Shown one piece after another: positions 61,640 to 64,000 of a DNA stretch of 64,000 nucleotides. A program made the position numbers and the translations under genes. The stretch is from Laetmonice hystrix. Taxonomy: Eukaryota. The notes under the pieces are model-generated. The model was not told the DNA's origin. It was given only the letters and a program-made list of their open reading frames with translations, and made no database searches. Each line of letters starts with the position of its first letter. The first letter of the stretch is position 1. The stretch lies in the NCBI GenBank assembly GCA_965235115.1, contig OZ249451.1, forward strand, positions 10,044,001-10,108,000, given 5' to 3'.

Positions 61640-62853
61640 CAAGTAGTATCAACCATCAGACAAGGGGCTCACAAGTAGTATCAACCATCGGACAAGGGGC
61701 TCACAAGTAGTATCAACCCTCAGACAAGGGGCTCACAAGTAGTATCAACCATCGGACAAGGGGCTCACAAGTAGTATCAACCATCAGACAAGGAGCTCAC
61801 AAATAGTATCAACCATCAGACAAGGGGCTCACAAGTAGTATCAACCCTCAGACAAGGGGCTCACAAGTAGTATCAACCCTCAGACAAGGGGCTCACAAGT
61901 AGTATCAACCATCGGACAAGGGGCTCACAAGTAGTATCAACCATCGGACAAGAGGCTCACAAGTAGTATCAACCATCGGACAAGGGGCTCACAAGTAGTA
62001 TCAACCATCGGACAAGGGGCTCACAAGTAGTATCAACCATCAGACAAGGGGCTCACAAGTAGTATCAACCATCAGACAAGGGGCTCACAAGTAGTATCAA
62101 CCATCAGACAAGGGGCTCACAAGTAGTATCAACCATCGGACAAGGGGCTCACAAGTAGTATCAACCATCGGACAAGGGGCTCACAAGTAGTATCAACCCT
62201 CAGACAAGGGGCTCACAAGTAGTATCAACCATCGGACAAGGGGCTCACAAGTAGTATCAACCATCAGACAAGGAGCTCACAAATAGTATCAACCATCAGA
62301 CAAGGGGCTCACAAGTAGTATCAACCCTCAGACAAGGGGCTCACAAGTAGTATCAACCCTCAGACAAGGGGCTCACAAGTAGTATCAACCATCGGACAAG
62401 GGGCTCACAAGTAGTATCAACCATCGGACAAGAGGCTCACAAGTAGTATCAACCATCGGACAAGGGGCTCACAAGTAGTATCAACCATCGGACAAGGGGC
62501 TCACAAGTAGTATCAACCATCAGACAAGGGGCTCACAAGTAGTATCAACCATCAGACAAGGGGCTCACAAGTAGTATCAACCATCGGACAAGGGGCTCAC
62601 AAGTAGTATCAACCATCGGACAAGGGGCTCACAAGTAGTATCAACCATCGGACAAGGGGCTCACAAGTAGTATCAACCATCAGACAAGGGGCTCACAAGT
62701 AGTATCAACCATCGGACAAGGGGCTCACAAGTAGTATCAACCATCGGACAAGGGGCTCACAAGTAGTATCAACCATCGGACAAGGGGCTCACAAGTAGTA
62801 TCAACCATCGGACAAGAGGCTCACAAGTAGTATCAACCATCAGACAAGGGGCT
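61640..62853. repeat. 32-bp minisatellite, ~38 copies, with 480-bp higher-order duplication
   Basis: Unit caagtagtatcaaccatc(a/g)gacaaggggctca; rare variants recur 480 bp apart. Confidence 0.97.
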
Positions 62854-64000
62854 GACAGTAGGGATAACAGAAGGATCTGATTTATGATAAAATAGCTGGG
62901 GGAAAATATCCTGTTGCTTGTGGCATGCCACAGTGATTGTGTTAATGACATTGGTTAATGAAATATCTGGAGGTACTAGATGACGCGGAAGAGTTTGTAT
63001 CTGTTGATATTGCTATCTGTGCCTGAAGGCGGAGCTATATTATGTAGAGTCTGAATTAGAGTTGCGCTGTTCGCGGGGCGGGGGGAAGTCCTCAGTGTGG
63101 AAACCTTATACCCTCACGGGTCAAGTTTTCATATTGATTCACATGGTTGAGCTATGGTTAACTGTCAAAACTGCCCTGGAGAATCTCAGCTAGCCTGAAA
63201 ACATTTGCCAGCCAGGAACGTCTTCCTGGAATCGGTTCATTCCTTGAAATAAATTGCCTTGTACCCCAAGGGTAGGCATCATGGTCAGGGAGAGAGTGGT
63301 TGTAGCCCGGTGAATGAGTTTATAAATGTGGGGATGTAGGGTATATGGATGCGGGAGGGGGTGAAACACTCATGATCATCTAAAATATTCGGGACCGCAC
63401 AAACTTCCTGGACTACAGGGATTGTTTTTTGTATTTTTATGTTGGATATTTTCCATTTTCATTGGATGGATATTAATTTAGTCATTAGTTGAGGAATTGA
63501 AATTTAAGGAAAAGGATGAAAAATTAATTACAATGGCAGTAGTAAGCGATAGGTAGACATACGTAGTAATTACTAGGGCAGATGATGTTTCATCACCGAC
63601 CGTTAATTAGGTCATGTGACATGAAACTTCCGGCAGGAAAGGGCATTTGAGAGGATGGGGATCAGACCTGTTAACTTATGTTGTCGTGTTTCCATGGAGA
63701 CAGAAAGAGAATACAGCGGACCTCATCACATTACACCAAACTCTTGTCAGGCCACCTGACGGTAGGGTTATTTATAACATGAACGCTGCGAGGTACAGCT
63801 AGGTTAGCAAATCAAAAATTTGACGGGTGTCGTCTTTTCTTAGGTTTCCTTATGTCAGGTAGAAGGCTGAAAAATCTTCTTTCAGCGGCAGCTATGTTTA
63901 TGGCTCAAGCTGGAAGTCCAATTGTTGTTTTTATTATTCAATTAAAAATGAAGAGTTGTCTGTAGTTTAATTGGAATAGCGAAAACTCTCATCAAGGAAA

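Overview
Repeat-rich, intron-dominated eukaryotic DNA, probably from a bilaterian invertebrate (taxon not determinable from sequence), with two N gaps. The only host gene I recognise is on the + strand: two phase-1 coding exons (32579-32761 and 35306-35524) encoding an N-terminal RING-type Cys/His motif and following segment that resemble invertebrate rolling pebbles/TANC scaffold proteins. About 16 unrelated, locus-specific minisatellite arrays cover roughly 10 kb (~16%). Non-autonomous DNA elements are also present: a Kolobok-type element with TTAA TSD, several MITEs, and a Helentron/HINE-type element with a duplicated 3' end and three tRNA-like Pol III cassettes. There are also decayed ORFs. 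The most striking observation is a ~34-unit 40-bp array built from the last 23 nt of the RING exon plus its GTAAGT splice donor, which places about two dozen decoy donors behind a stop codon; degenerate acceptor copies lie on the other side of the same exon. Also notable: a dense cluster of TA-GGCC-TA motifs with the geometry of transposon excision footprints, and a MITE inserted at a non-canonical CA target whose empty site is visible in neighbouring repeat units. All coordinates and counts are by hand; no database searches were run.
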